Of a stretch of 64,000 nucleotides of DNA, positions 1 through 9,724 are shown in pieces. The position numbers and the translations under genes were made by a program. The notes beneath the pieces were generated by a model that saw only the letters and a program-made list of their open reading frames with translations, ran no database searches and was not told the DNA's origin. The stretch is taken from positions 6,316 through 70,315 of the IMG/VR virus record IMGVR_UViG_3300020036_002415. One strand, written 5' to 3'. Every line of letters starts with the position of its first letter. The stretch's first letter is position 1. This DNA comes from a virus. Lineage: Duplodnaviria > Caudoviricetes.

Positions 1-38
1 GATATTATTTTGAAATACACAACTCTAATAAATAAAAT

Positions 39-170
39 ATGGAAGACAGGCTTGGAATTATATTAGTATTAGCGTTCTCTCCGCTCGGATGGATAGCAGC
101 TATACTAGCAGTATCATTAGTAATATCAATAACAACACACATTAAGTATTTAATAACCGGCAAAATATGA
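39..170 (+). CDS. Small membrane peptide (43 aa), not in the ORF track
   Basis: Manual translation MEDRLGIILVLAFSPLGWIAAILAVSLVISITTHIKYLITGKI; hydrophobic; ATGA overlap with the gene at 167. Confidence 0.55.
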   Translation: MEDRLGIILVLAFSPLGWIAAILAVSLVISITTHIKYLITGKI

Positions 171-838
171 GTAAAAAAGATATATACTATTTCTCACATG
201 ATTCAAACGCGAGAAGAGATCCAAAGATAGTTGCCTTAATGAAAGATTATTGTAGCGCAGGGTATGGTATGTATTGGATATTAATAGAAATTCTTCGCGA
301 ACAAGAGAGCTATAAGATAGACCTAACGAAAGGATATATAATAGAATCAATAGCTAGCGAGATGATGTGTGATAAAGATACTGTTACACAATTCATAAAG
401 AAATGCATATCATTTGAGCTAATAGAGACTGATGGAATTAACATCTGGTCTAATAGCCTTAACTCTAGAATGGAGTTATTTAACGAGAAAAGAAGCCGGT
501 ACTCATCAATGGCGCGAAAAAGATGGGAAGAGAAAAAAGAAATTAAGAAAGAAGAAAATAAAGATGATGTAGAAAAGTTTGATTTCAAGAAAAGTTTAAT
601 ATCTTTGGGTGTAAGTTCTGAAATAGCATCCGACTGGATGAAGGTTCGTAGTAAGAAGAAATCAGCCAATACAAAGACAGCTTTCAATTCAATAGCCTCT
701 GAGATAACAAAGTCAGGAGGTAGTCCTAGCGACTGCATTAGTCTGGCTGTAACTAAATCTTGGGCTGGATTTAAGGCTGAGTGGTTTATAAACGAGAACG
801 GTGGAGCGACTAAGAGTAGAAACGAAATGGTTTATTAA
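167..838 (+). CDS. Phage replication initiator, DUF4373/Lin1244-like N-terminal wHTH
   Basis: N-terminus YYFSHDSNARRDPKI...GYGMYWILIEILREQ; C-terminal W...R..K..A.T helical domain; directly upstream of the primase-helicase. Confidence 0.75.
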   Translation: MSKKDIYYFSHDSNARRDPKIVALMKDYCSAGYGMYWILIEILREQESYKIDLTKGYIIESIASEMMCDKDTVTQFIKKCISFELIETDGINIWSNSLNSRMELFNEKRSRYSSMARKRWEEKKEIKKEENKDDVEKFDFKKSLISLGVSSEIASDWMKVRSKKKSANTKTAFNSIASEITKSGGSPSDCISLAVTKSWAGFKAEWFINENGGATKSRNEMVY

Positions 839-840
839 GT

Positions 841-2670
841 ATGGCTGACGCAAATGTAATAGCGAAATTATTAAGTCTTGGGATAGAAGTCAAGCACTCA
901 CCTAGACAACAAAAAGTTAAATGCCCTAGTTGTAACAATCAGCGTAACGACAAGCGAGACAAGTCATTATCAGTAAATATAGAACTAGGTGTGTACCGGT
1001 GTCATTACTGCGGTATGTCCGGGTGTGTTATAGAGAACTCAACACAAACCGAATCATATAAACCAATAGAACCGACAAAGAATGATAAGCTATCTGATGA
1101 GTTGATAAACTTTTTAGATAGCCGGGGAATCTCAAGAGAAACTGCGCGCGAAGCAAAATTGTCTCAAGAAGAAAAATGGATAGCCAAGGCAGATGATGTA
1201 GTAGATTGTTTAACATTCAATTACTATGAGAAAGGCAGGCTAGTGAACAAAAAATACAGATCAATTAAAGATAAAGGCTTCGCGCTGGAGCCTAATGCAA
1301 AATTAGTATTCTACAACATCGACTCAATAATAGCTGAGAAAGAAGTTGTTATAACCGAGGGTGAGATTGATTGCCTTACGTTTATGGAGTGCGGAATAAA
1401 GAATGTGATATCTGTTCCAAATGGAGCCAACAGAAATCAAAACAACCTAAAATATCTAGATAATTGCATAGATTATTTCAACGACATTGAAAAGATATAT
1501 CTCGCTGTAGATAACGATGATGCTGGATTATCATTAAGAGATGAGTTGATAAGAAGATTCGGAAAAGACAAATGCTTTATCGTAAAGTATCCAGAAGGAT
1601 GCAAGGATGCGAATGAGGTGTTACTTGAATACGGAGGCAGAGAAGTTGTTAGACTGATACAAGAGGCGGAAGAATTACCGCTTGAAGGAATCGTTTACGC
1701 TGATTCAGAGACTGAGAATATTATGTCACTGTACCGTAGCGGAATCGAAAGAGGTATTGAATTAAAGGAGCTTGGAGATGAATTTTGTAAGCTATGTACG
1801 TTTCAAAGAAGTAGATTATATACTGTAACCGGAATACCGTCACACGGTAAGTCTGGATTTACAGAAGACATTGAGGTAATTCTCGCTGCGAAGGAAGGGT
1901 GGAAGTTCGGGATATTTTCTCCTGAACACTACCCTCTTTCTTATATGGTGTACAAGTATGCTGAATTAATAGTAGGTAAACCTTTCTTTGCTGGTAGTGC
2001 AACAAGAATGTCAGTAGCTGAATTGAATAACGCAATAGAGTTCATTAAAGACCATTTCTTTTTCATTAGACCGAAAGATGAGATGTTTACATTAGATGCG
2101 ATTCTAGATATAGCTAAGAGCCTTGTAAAGAGATATGGAATACACGGAGTAGTAATTGATCCTTGGAATACAGTAAACCATGAATTTGAAGGAGAGAGCG
2201 AAACAAAATACATTGAGAAGGCATTAAATAAAATAACGCTATTCAAACAAGAACATAACGTGCTATTCATTATAGTTGCTCACCCTAAAAAGATGATGAA
2301 GGAGAGCGGTGGTGAACGCGGTGGTCAGTATGAAGTGCCTAATCTTTATGAGATAAACGGTAGCAGTAACTTCTTCAACAAGACAGATGTAGGATTTACT
2401 GTGTATAGGGATTACAAAGAGGACTGCACGTATATCTATATGCAGAAAGTCAAGTATAGAAACCTTGGTGAAGTTGGTCAATGTAAGTTTAAATTCAATA
2501 GACTTAATAATAGATACACACCAATAGATACATTTGGTCAATATAAATTTGACGAGAAAAGTTATTTATCAGAAGGAGATCAGATAGAAATACCTATAGG
2601 ATCGACAGCTATAAGATCGAACAGATCATTTGAAGACTTTGACGATGAGATGGACTCATTGCCATTTTAA
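841..2670 (+). CDS. Bifunctional DNA primase-helicase (Twinkle/T7 gp4-like)
   Basis: Zn ribbon CPSC...CHYC; TOPRIM ITEGEIDC and LAVDNDDAG; Walker A TGIPSHGKS; Walker B VVIDPWN; AHPKK motif. Confidence 0.92.
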   Translation: MADANVIAKLLSLGIEVKHSPRQQKVKCPSCNNQRNDKRDKSLSVNIELGVYRCHYCGMSGCVIENSTQTESYKPIEPTKNDKLSDELINFLDSRGISRETAREAKLSQEEKWIAKADDVVDCLTFNYYEKGRLVNKKYRSIKDKGFALEPNAKLVFYNIDSIIAEKEVVITEGEIDCLTFMECGIKNVISVPNGANRNQNNLKYLDNCIDYFNDIEKIYLAVDNDDAGLSLRDELIRRFGKDKCFIVKYPEGCKDANEVLLEYGGREVVRLIQEAEELPLEGIVYADSETENIMSLYRSGIERGIELKELGDEFCKLCTFQRSRLYTVTGIPSHGKSGFTEDIEVILAAKEGWKFGIFSPEHYPLSYMVYKYAELIVGKPFFAGSATRMSVAELNNAIEFIKDHFFFIRPKDEMFTLDAILDIAKSLVKRYGIHGVVIDPWNTVNHEFEGESETKYIEKALNKITLFKQEHNVLFIIVAHPKKMMKESGGERGGQYEVPNLYEINGSSNFFNKTDVGFTVYRDYKEDCTYIYMQKVKYRNLGEVGQCKFKFNRLNNRYTPIDTFGQYKFDEKSYLSEGDQIEIPIGSTAIRSNRSFEDFDDEMDSLPF

Positions 2671-2688
2671 CAACCAAAAATAAGAAGT

Positions 2689-3006
2689 ATGAGCGAAAAG
2701 TTAGACTTTAATTACGAGAATCACAACAAAGAAACAGACACCTGCTTCTCATTAAAATCAAGAATGAGTGACGATAATAAACTTGCACTAGAGATTGATT
2801 TTTATGGAGACAGATACAATATGATAATGAGCTTCTTAACACTCATAGCTACAGATGAGGTGGCAAGAGATGTTATTTTTGACATAATGAATCAGATTGT
2901 CATAAACAGAATGGTTACCGAAATCACAGGAGAAGATGGAGAATCAGAAGAGAAAACAAAACCAGAAGACGAAAACAATAGTTCTGGTGAATCATTATCT
3001 AGTTAA
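2689..3006 (+). CDS. Hypothetical acidic protein
   Basis: 105-aa ORF in operon context with an A-rich leader. Confidence 0.6.
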   Translation: MSEKLDFNYENHNKETDTCFSLKSRMSDDNKLALEIDFYGDRYNMIMSFLTLIATDEVARDVIFDIMNQIVINRMVTEITGEDGESEEKTKPEDENNSSGESLSS

Positions 3007-3058
3007 TATCTTAATAACAGCGAATAGAATAGCTTATTTTTTAAACTAAAAAACAAAT

Positions 3059-3751
3059 ATGAAAAGAGGAATAGAGTTAGTAGAGAAGTTTCACGAAGTG
3101 TTTAAACATGATGTGAATAAGATACCGGCGGTATTAAATGAAGAAGGCTCTCACCTTCGTTATGAATTAATGAAAGAAGAGAACGAGGAATACATTGATG
3201 CTTGTAATCAACAAGACATTGAGAAAATAGCTGATGCATTAGGGGATCAAATGTACATACTATTCGGATCAATAGTCGCTCACGGTATGCAAGATATAAT
3301 AGAAGAGGTTTTCCTTGAGATTCACCGGTCAAATATGTCTAAGTTAGATAAAAGCGGAAATCCTATTATAAACGGTGAGAATGGAATCACAGATCCTGAT
3401 AAGCCACTAGGTAAAATCTTAAAAGGAGATGGATATACACCTCCGAATATTGCTGGAATATTGGATAAGTATTTTCAAAATATGCTTGCCGAGAAGTTAA
3501 TGGATGCCGAGCTTAAGGATCATATCGACGATACTGTTGAGCTTAGAGAAACATTCTTGCGCGCAATAATCGAGAAGAATTTATCTAAAAGTGATTGGAA
3601 AAAATTCCAAAAGTTTGAGGAACTTGCCGACTACTTTAAAGATAAGGTTAGACTTATTCAAGAAAGAGCATCGTTTGATTTTACTAAGTTCGGTGTAGAT
3701 GTTAACGGTGAGGTACATTGGTATAAAGAAAAACAAGAAAGTGAGTACTAG
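3059..3751 (+). CDS. MazG-like NTP pyrophosphohydrolase with C-terminal extension
   Basis: LMKEENEEY...IADALGDQMYI...FLEIHRSNMSKL...GKILKG motifs. Confidence 0.8.
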   Translation: MKRGIELVEKFHEVFKHDVNKIPAVLNEEGSHLRYELMKEENEEYIDACNQQDIEKIADALGDQMYILFGSIVAHGMQDIIEEVFLEIHRSNMSKLDKSGNPIINGENGITDPDKPLGKILKGDGYTPPNIAGILDKYFQNMLAEKLMDAELKDHIDDTVELRETFLRAIIEKNLSKSDWKKFQKFEELADYFKDKVRLIQERASFDFTKFGVDVNGEVHWYKEKQESEY

Positions 3752-4007
3752 AAAGCCGATAAGGTTCTCAACTTGGACTTTAAGTAACCGCAAGAAACGA
3801 TCTGAGGTACACGTAGTTAAGGAAATAATTGTATCAGGAACTGAAGAAGATATAGATGAAATCAAAAAAGATTTACTATATTTGGGAAATGTTTACAAAA
3901 GTATCTACGGTAAGGAGAAATATCTTGCCAAGCGAAAAGAAGGCGATCTTATTGTAACTAAAATTGAATTATCTGAAAAGATTTTAGGATATACCAACGG
4001 ACAATGA
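3699..4007 (+). CDS. Hypothetical protein (probable GTG start at 3741)
   Basis: ORF track; ATGA overlap with the next gene. Confidence 0.55.
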   Translation: MLTVRYIGIKKNKKVSTRKPIRFSTWTLSNRKKRSEVHVVKEIIVSGTEEDIDEIKKDLLYLGNVYKSIYGKEKYLAKRKEGDLIVTKIELSEKILGYTNGQ

Positions 4008-4384
4008 GATCAAAGTACGGGAACAAGAAAGTAGTATCAAACGGAATAAAATACGATTCAAAGTTAGAGGCGTTCATGTATCAAATGCTTAAGGCACATG
4101 ATATAGAATTTGAGTTTCAAGTTGAAATAGAACTAATACCTAAGCATAGAATAAATTTCGTAGCAGTACGTAGAACATTTATGAAGGTTGACTTTGTTAT
4201 TAAAAGCGATAGCGAAGTGATCTACGTAGATACTAAAGGATTTGCTACAGATACATCAAAGCTTAAGTATAAGATGCTTGGATATAAGAAATTAAAAGAG
4301 GATGCCATGTTTAGAATAGTTTGGCTTAAAACAAAAACAGAAGTAATAGATTTTATTAATAAATTAAAGAAAGATGAGCGATAA
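4004..4384 (+). CDS. DUF1064-like PD-(D/E)xK endonuclease (possible resolvase)
   Basis: SKYGNKKV...YDSKLEA...VDF...VDTKG. Confidence 0.7.
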   Translation: MRSKYGNKKVVSNGIKYDSKLEAFMYQMLKAHDIEFEFQVEIELIPKHRINFVAVRRTFMKVDFVIKSDSEVIYVDTKGFATDTSKLKYKMLGYKKLKEDAMFRIVWLKTKTEVIDFINKLKKDER

Positions 4385-4706
4385 AAAAGAGTCGATTAAA
4401 GACGACAAGGGGTATGATATCATGCCAAACTCGATTAAGTTATTCGAGAACAAGAAGAAAGATAAAGAATCTCACCCTGATTATACAGGAAAGATGTACG
4501 ATGAAGATGGTACTGAGTTCTTTGTTTCTTGCTGGACAAAAGAAACTAAAGCCGGTGATACGTACCTAAGTGGTAACATCATCAAAGCTTCAGTAGCTAA
4601 GGCTCAGTGGGAGAAAAAGAAAAGAGGTTCTGAGAAATTAAATGAAAGCAAATCAGGAGCTATGTCTTCAGGGAATGCTAAGGTTGATGAAGATCTTCCA
4701 TTCTAG
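4374..4706 (+). CDS. Putative ssDNA-binding protein
   Basis: K..ESHPDYTG motif; acidic DEDLPF C-terminal tail typical of SSBs. Confidence 0.45.
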   Translation: MSDKKESIKDDKGYDIMPNSIKLFENKKKDKESHPDYTGKMYDEDGTEFFVSCWTKETKAGDTYLSGNIIKASVAKAQWEKKKRGSEKLNESKSGAMSSGNAKVDEDLPF

Positions 4707-4728
4707 TATTTCTAATCCACGACGAATT

Positions 4729-4762
4729 AATAGGGCTATCTTTTGGTAGCTCTATTTTTTTT
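4729..4762 (+). terminator. Rho-independent terminator
   Basis: AATAGGGCTATC-TTTT-GGTAGCTCTATT stem followed by a T run. Confidence 0.8.
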
Positions 4763-4773
4763 ACCTATATTTG
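4742..4773 (+). promoter_or_regulatory. Bacteroidota housekeeping-sigma promoter
   Basis: TTTG (4742-45)-N20-TATATTTG (4766-73) matches the -33/-7 consensus. Confidence 0.75.
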
Positions 4774-4792
4774 TCATCATATTCAAAACAAA

Positions 4793-4996
4793 ATGGCAAA
4801 GAAGAAGATAAGAATCAAGATGCGTAATTCTAAATCAAGTGAATTAGCAAGATTATACGAAGACGATATATCATACTACAGACCTTGGACTGATGACAAC
4901 GGAGATGAATCAAAGAGCGTTATCTATTTGAAATCTGGTAAAGAAATGATATGCGAACACTCTGTAGCAGAGTTAGACGAAATGCTAGATAAGTAA
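4793..4996 (+). CDS. Small hypothetical protein (FlbD-like beta fold possible)
   Basis: SVIYLKSGKEMICEHSVAEL pattern; downstream of a promoter. Confidence 0.55.
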   Translation: MAKKKIRIKMRNSKSSELARLYEDDISYYRPWTDDNGDESKSVIYLKSGKEMICEHSVAELDEMLDK

Positions 4997-5001
4997 AAGT
5001 T

Positions 5002-5235
5002 ATGGAAAAATTTTGGTGTGAAGGATCTCTAAGTAAAGACGATCTAGGAGAAATGTTGCTAATGATGATTAAACGATCTGGTCTTAGCGACAAAGAATTT
5101 GCTGATAAGATTGGATGCCCGGTAAACAATGTGGTTATATCTAAGAATGGAAAAGGCGCGCATATATTCTCTACACTAGAGAAAGCTGTTGAAACATTCG
5201 GATATAAGACGGTAGTTACAATCTCAGAAAATTAG
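5002..5235 (+). CDS. XRE/Cro-like helix-turn-helix regulator
   Basis: IKRSGLSDKEFADKIGC...STLEKAVETFGY. Confidence 0.7.
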   Translation: MEKFWCEGSLSKDDLGEMLLMMIKRSGLSDKEFADKIGCPVNNVVISKNGKGAHIFSTLEKAVETFGYKTVVTISEN

Positions 5236-5255
5236 TATTAACTGATTAAAAATAT

Positions 5256-5278
5256 AGCCACCTTAGAGTGGCTTTTTT
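5256..5278 (+). terminator. Rho-independent terminator
   Basis: AGCCAC-CTTAGA-GTGGCT followed by a T run. Confidence 0.65.
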
Positions 5279-5283
5279 AGTAT

Positions 5284-5592
5284 ATGGAAATAGCATTATT
5301 AATATTAGCAGCAGCGTCACTATCAATAATAGTAACCAAGTCTGATGCATTCAAGTTTCTGCGAAGAAATCTTACAATAAAGAATAGGAATAAATACGGG
5401 ATCAAAAGAACAATCAGAGCGTACAATCCACTTAGAAGATTTGCAAGTAAGGTAATAAATTGCCCTTTGTGTTTTGGATTCTACTCGTACTTTGTATGCT
5501 ACGGAATATCCGTTATACCAATACTAGGGTGGCACATATTAACCGCATTATGTGCGGCGATTGTGTCTATGTTTATTTGGTCAAAAATGTAA
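5284..5592 (+). CDS. Membrane protein, DUF1360-like
   Basis: Hydrophobic ends and a CPLCFGF motif. Confidence 0.55.
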   Translation: MEIALLILAAASLSIIVTKSDAFKFLRRNLTIKNRNKYGIKRTIRAYNPLRRFASKVINCPLCFGFYSYFVCYGISVIPILGWHILTALCAAIVSMFIWSKM

Positions 5593-6262
5593 AAGCAATA
5601 GCTAATCCGGCTCCAATTGCTATATTAACAATAGGTCTTTCAAAAAACTTTTTCTTTTCATTGATAACATAAGGCTCTATCTCTGAGCTTACAATATATG
5701 GGTTCGTATTCTTTATCGCGAATACATACTCATTCTTCTTGAATAAGCCATTCTTCTTTACACCAACCACAAGAGTTTGAGTATTTGGAACGGTTATGTT
5801 ATTAACAATCAACGAATCTTTATTTATAGTCATGCTGAGTTTATAGTAGGTAGAATCTATCTCTATAAGCTTAGTAAAATCCTCACAAGGAAGGGTATCA
5901 GTAAACACGTATGAAATCGTGTCAACTCTAAACTGCATAACATTCTTAACTACCACAGTAGGCTTCTTTATCTTCATCTCATTCAACTCAACAAGAAGAC
6001 CATCATTATAATGCTTCATGTCTTTTAAGTCAGTAACGATAACATTATTGTAGTGTATCAACTCTCCGTTCTTAGATTTATAAGTCTTAACAGAATCCTC
6101 TAGTATCTTATAGTTCTTATGCATTTGATCTTCGTACTTACAACCACGAATCAAAAACAAACCCATCCATACTATAACAAATAGGTATAAAAAATCAATC
6201 TTTCTCATATTATTTACGTTTACCATTCTGGTGACTTTTTTTAGTAGCTGAAAACCCATCAA
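5573..6262 (-). CDS. Putative spanin/membrane-anchored coiled-coil lysis protein (likely start 6208)
   Basis: N-terminal TM ending in IRGC, coiled coil, C-terminal hydrophobic segment; last gene of the lysis block. Confidence 0.5.
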   Translation of the reverse strand: MMGFQLLKKVTRMVNVNNMRKIDFLYLFVIVWMGLFLIRGCKYEDQMHKNYKILEDSVKTYKSKNGELIHYNNVIVTDLKDMKHYNDGLLVELNEMKIKKPTVVVKNVMQFRVDTISYVFTDTLPCEDFTKLIEIDSTYYKLSMTINKDSLIVNNITVPNTQTLVVGVKKNGLFKKNEYVFAIKNTNPYIVSSEIEPYVINEKKKFFERPIVNIAIGAGLAIAFTFLTK

Positions 6263-6338
6263 CTACTTTTCTTTCTCTTACAAGTCTAGCCGCATCAGTC
6301 GGGTTCTTAGACTTTGATTTTCCTCTACCGCAACACAT
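6210..6338 (-). CDS. Small basic protein (42 aa), not in the ORF track
   Basis: Manual translation MCCGRGKSKSKNPTDAARLVRERKVVDGFSATKKSHQNGKRK; fills the gap exactly. Confidence 0.5.
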   Translation of the reverse strand: MCCGRGKSKSKNPTDAARLVRERKVVDGFSATKKSHQNGKRK

Positions 6339-7658
6339 TTATTTTTTCCATTTAAAAAGTTTGTAACTAATATCTATCTCTTGTTTATTTGGATCTATTA
6401 CTTGAATAACGAATCCACTATTACCTCTCTTGAAATTGGTCTGAACCCAGTCAGATGAAGGACTAAACGCCGGATAGTTCATGTAATTGAAATCATCAGA
6501 CGATGAATAATCAAATAACATCTGGTGAGAATCTCCCTTTGAAAACTCAAACCAACTTGCCTGCTGATAAAGATCATTTAGTTTTATGTATTGATCTATC
6601 TTAGATATTCCCTTATCGTCAATATCAGTTTTAAATCCAAACTTCAAATGCTTATCATCTTTTCCGTGACACAGTATGAAACAATGTCTTCCAACGAAAT
6701 AATGACACATAAACTTCTGGTGATTGTTTACGGTAACTCCTGCACTATACTTAGCTTCTAATATGCTTTTTACTGCTGAATTAACAACATACCCAAAAAC
6801 TCCGGCATGATTATCATTACAGATGTTGTTCATTGTTACGTTGACATCATATCCACTATCAATAATCTTGTCAATCAACTCAACCTTAAATCTAACCCCA
6901 GCATCGAAACATTGAGCTGTTGTCATGTTCTGTGGCAATTCGTGACCCTTTCTAGTAGTCTCTCCTTCCCAGCCATCCATAAAGTCTCCAAGATCGTCTA
7001 TAATGACATCATTAAGGCATCCTGAATCAAGCTTATCAATAACTGAATTAGCGAAATCATCCATTCTAGCGATCAGCTCCTTTTCATTCCATGATCCACC
7101 AAATAAAGAATTGCCATCAATATTAGGAGACATTCCTACGTGTATATCAGTAATTATACCTCTTACAGTCTTAGATATTTTCTTCTTCTTTAAGTCTGGT
7201 TTCTTTACTGACTTTGATTTACCAATATACTTGCTAACCACTCCTTCAATGAAATCTACATTCATTACATCAGATACTGATAGCAATTGATCCTTGAATC
7301 TAATGTTGTAATACGGTGTTCCTGTGTGAGTTACAAGTTTGTATTCTCTTATATCAGTTCTCGGTAATCTGTATAGTTCGCAGTACTCATCTATATCCAT
7401 CATTTTACCGGTGGATTGATTCCAAGCTGACAATATAAATTTAGGCGATTCTTCTATTTTGGGCGATTCTTCTGTTTTACGCTCCTTGATTTTCTCAGGC
7501 TTAACATCATTCGCATTTATCTTCTCAATGAATCTGCTAACCCTCTTTCTGGCTACTCTTGGATCAAGATCAGGATAAACTATTTTAGCTATATTCGTTG
7601 GGCTAATAACACCACTACCATCATCATACAATTTTCTAATCTTTTCTTTTGCAGTCAT
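6339..7658 (-). CDS. Calcineurin-like metallophosphoesterase
   Basis: ITDIHVG, DLGDFMDG, DNH, HG and GDSH metal-binding motifs. Confidence 0.75.
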   Translation of the reverse strand: MTAKEKIRKLYDDGSGVISPTNIAKIVYPDLDPRVARKRVSRFIEKINANDVKPEKIKERKTEESPKIEESPKFILSAWNQSTGKMMDIDEYCELYRLPRTDIREYKLVTHTGTPYYNIRFKDQLLSVSDVMNVDFIEGVVSKYIGKSKSVKKPDLKKKKISKTVRGIITDIHVGMSPNIDGNSLFGGSWNEKELIARMDDFANSVIDKLDSGCLNDVIIDDLGDFMDGWEGETTRKGHELPQNMTTAQCFDAGVRFKVELIDKIIDSGYDVNVTMNNICNDNHAGVFGYVVNSAVKSILEAKYSAGVTVNNHQKFMCHYFVGRHCFILCHGKDDKHLKFGFKTDIDDKGISKIDQYIKLNDLYQQASWFEFSKGDSHQMLFDYSSSDDFNYMNYPAFSPSSDWVQTNFKRGNSGFVIQVIDPNKQEIDISYKLFKWKK

Positions 7659-7670
7659 ATCTTAAATTGT

Positions 7671-7955
7671 TTAATTTTTAAAAAACTTCTTTAATGCTTT
7701 TCTATTTTGTGAAAAATGTTCTTGCTTAGTTTTGTTTTTCGATTGATGCGCTTCGTCTTTGTTGTCAAGGTTACCATGTGTTCCCTTTTTTCTATTTATA
7801 GCCTGCAGAACAGCTCTATATTTTTTTCTTTCCGGTGTACTGTGGTATTTAGTATCGTATGCCTTTTTATTCTCTCTGGCTTCAGGATTCTCCTGATAAT
7901 ATTTAGCACTCTTACTATTACCTCTTTTAGTTCCGGCTAATCTATTTCTAGCCAT
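7671..7955 (-). CDS. Basic hypothetical phage protein
   Basis: 94 aa, K/R-rich, translationally coupled to the endolysin gene. Confidence 0.6.
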   Translation of the reverse strand: MARNRLAGTKRGNSKSAKYYQENPEARENKKAYDTKYHSTPERKKYRAVLQAINRKKGTHGNLDNKDEAHQSKNKTKQEHFSQNRKALKKFFKN

Positions 7956-8575
7956 TATATACCCTCCTTTTCTATTGCTTTTATAGCATTAACAATACAC
8001 TTAGCCATTCTATTCTGACCTTCTTCTGTCATAAGAATTTCCTTACATTCTTTTCTGTTAGTCATAAAGAATAGCTCCACCAATACAGCAGGGCAATTAC
8101 TTTTAGTCGTAACATACAGGGGATTCTCTTTATCAATGTCTCCATCTGCTTTATCAACTCTAAACTTAGTGTCTTTAAATTCAATAATAAATTCCTTGTA
8201 GATGTAATCAGCTATTTTATCAGACTTAGTTTGACCCGGAGAAGTAAATATCTCCCATCCAGAAGCTGACTCAGAACTAGCCGCGTTAGAATGGATACTA
8301 AGAAGCATCTTATTCTTTTGCATTAGCTTATTCACAAAGTTAATTCTAGCTCCAAGAGGAACGTCTTTAGGATCTTCAGGCAACACAGTGTACGTGTAAT
8401 CAATGCCTAATTTATCTAGCTCAATCCCTACTTTTTTAGCAATTTCTCTATTTCCTACGCCTTCGTAGTAAACAGTTCCGTCGCTCCATATTGGAGATCT
8501 TTTACCGCTAGTCTGGTAAACATTATTTAATAGACCGCCGTGACCGGGATCTAGAATCCAGAAATACTTTGACAT
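7955..8575 (-). CDS. Endolysin, N-acetylmuramoyl-L-alanine amidase (Amidase_3)
   Basis: ILDPGHGG, E in NREIA, SIHSNA, PAVLVELFFMTN. Confidence 0.92.
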   Translation of the reverse strand: MSKYFWILDPGHGGLLNNVYQTSGKRSPIWSDGTVYYEGVGNREIAKKVGIELDKLGIDYTYTVLPEDPKDVPLGARINFVNKLMQKNKMLLSIHSNAASSESASGWEIFTSPGQTKSDKIADYIYKEFIIEFKDTKFRVDKADGDIDKENPLYVTTKSNCPAVLVELFFMTNRKECKEILMTEEGQNRMAKCIVNAIKAIEKEGI

Positions 8576-8576
8576 A

Positions 8577-8765
8577 TTACTCGCTAAAAAGGTTAGTAAT
8601 AAATTTACCTAAAGCTCCAGTCAGGATTATAGCAATAGTTAATCCTTTTCCCCAATCATCAGCTACTGAGTAGGTTCCAAGAAGAGAGCTAACTCCAAGT
8701 AAAGCATCTCCTATTTTTCTCCATTTAGCAGGAGTTGGCGCGTAAAATTTATTCTTCAAGCTCAT
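8577..8765 (-). CDS. Putative holin
   Basis: 62 aa with two hydrophobic segments, APTPAKWRKIGD N-terminus, adjacent to the endolysin. Confidence 0.7.
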   Translation of the reverse strand: MSLKNKFYAPTPAKWRKIGDALLGVSSLLGTYSVADDWGKGLTIAIILTGALGKFITNLFSE

Positions 8766-8779
8766 AATTATTTGGGATT

Positions 8780-9562
8780 TTATATTACATCATCTAAATC
8801 TAATGCAACTGTAGTTCTTTCACTATCAGTCATATCAGCTATAACTCTATCTTGAGTATCATTAATATCTCTAAAAGTAACAGTAGCTAATCCTCCACCA
8901 AGATCAACAATAGTAGTTTTTCCAGCGGCAACAGCAGTTAAAAGTCTTATGCATTGCTCAAATGTATAGTTCCCTTCAACCATGTAATTCATTATAGCAG
9001 CAGATAAGCTTTCAGGACTCAGTGCTGTAAATGGAGTGATCTCAGCCTCCATGTTTGCAATACCTGTCAATAACGCGCCGGAAATTGTTCCTGATCCAGA
9101 AAGCGCAACAGACATATTTGTAATCAAGCTGAGCGAACCTTGAAGATCTCCTGCTCCAGCTAAATTCGCAGCCATCTGAATTACTCCAACCATATCAGCA
9201 GTTAAAGCTCCAGACCCAGAAAGTGTTGATGCAAGCTGAATAATGACACTCATGCTTGCTGTCAAATCTCCAACTCCAGATAAGTTAGCCGCTATATTAA
9301 TCCCCTGAGCAAGTCTACCTTCTACGGCTCCTTCTCCGTTAATCAAAGTAGTAGATGAAAACAATGATCCTTTAGGTGCTACTAAAAACGAATACGGAGG
9401 CTCTGTAGCTGTAGGAAATCCGCTTTTGTCTGTTTGTCCTGAAACTACGTGATCTCCAACATAAAATTGCCTACATGTGCTATCTTTAAAATACATATAC
9501 GGGTTAGTCCTGCCGTATTCACGACCAAGACCAGTATTGTTTATGTAATTATTCAGAAGCAC
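8780..9562 (-). CDS. Virion structural/tail-associated protein
   Basis: Repeated A.LSG.G.L.A units; located in the tail block. Confidence 0.55.
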   Translation of the reverse strand: MLLNNYINNTGLGREYGRTNPYMYFKDSTCRQFYVGDHVVSGQTDKSGFPTATEPPYSFLVAPKGSLFSSTTLINGEGAVEGRLAQGINIAANLSGVGDLTASMSVIIQLASTLSGSGALTADMVGVIQMAANLAGAGDLQGSLSLITNMSVALSGSGTISGALLTGIANMEAEITPFTALSPESLSAAIMNYMVEGNYTFEQCIRLLTAVAAGKTTIVDLGGGLATVTFRDINDTQDRVIADMTDSERTTVALDLDDVI

Positions 9563-9723
9563 TATTGTTGTATTATTTTCTCAGCAATTTCTGGTGATCC
9601 ATTTGCTTCTGCTATTTGAGCGTCAATTTCTTTTTGAACTGAGGTAAATTCTGCCATTATTCTAAAAGCATCCCATCCCTCAGTTATTGCTCTTTGAGCT
9701 ATCTCTAAAAATTCCTTTTTCAT
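9562..9723 (-). CDS. Small hypothetical protein (53 aa), not in the ORF track
   Basis: Manual translation MKKEFLEIAQRAITEGWDAFRIMAEF...; TAG overlaps the next GTG start. Confidence 0.55.
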   Translation of the reverse strand: MKKEFLEIAQRAITEGWDAFRIMAEFTSVQKEIDAQIAEANGSPEIAEKIIQQ

Positions 9724-9724
9724 A

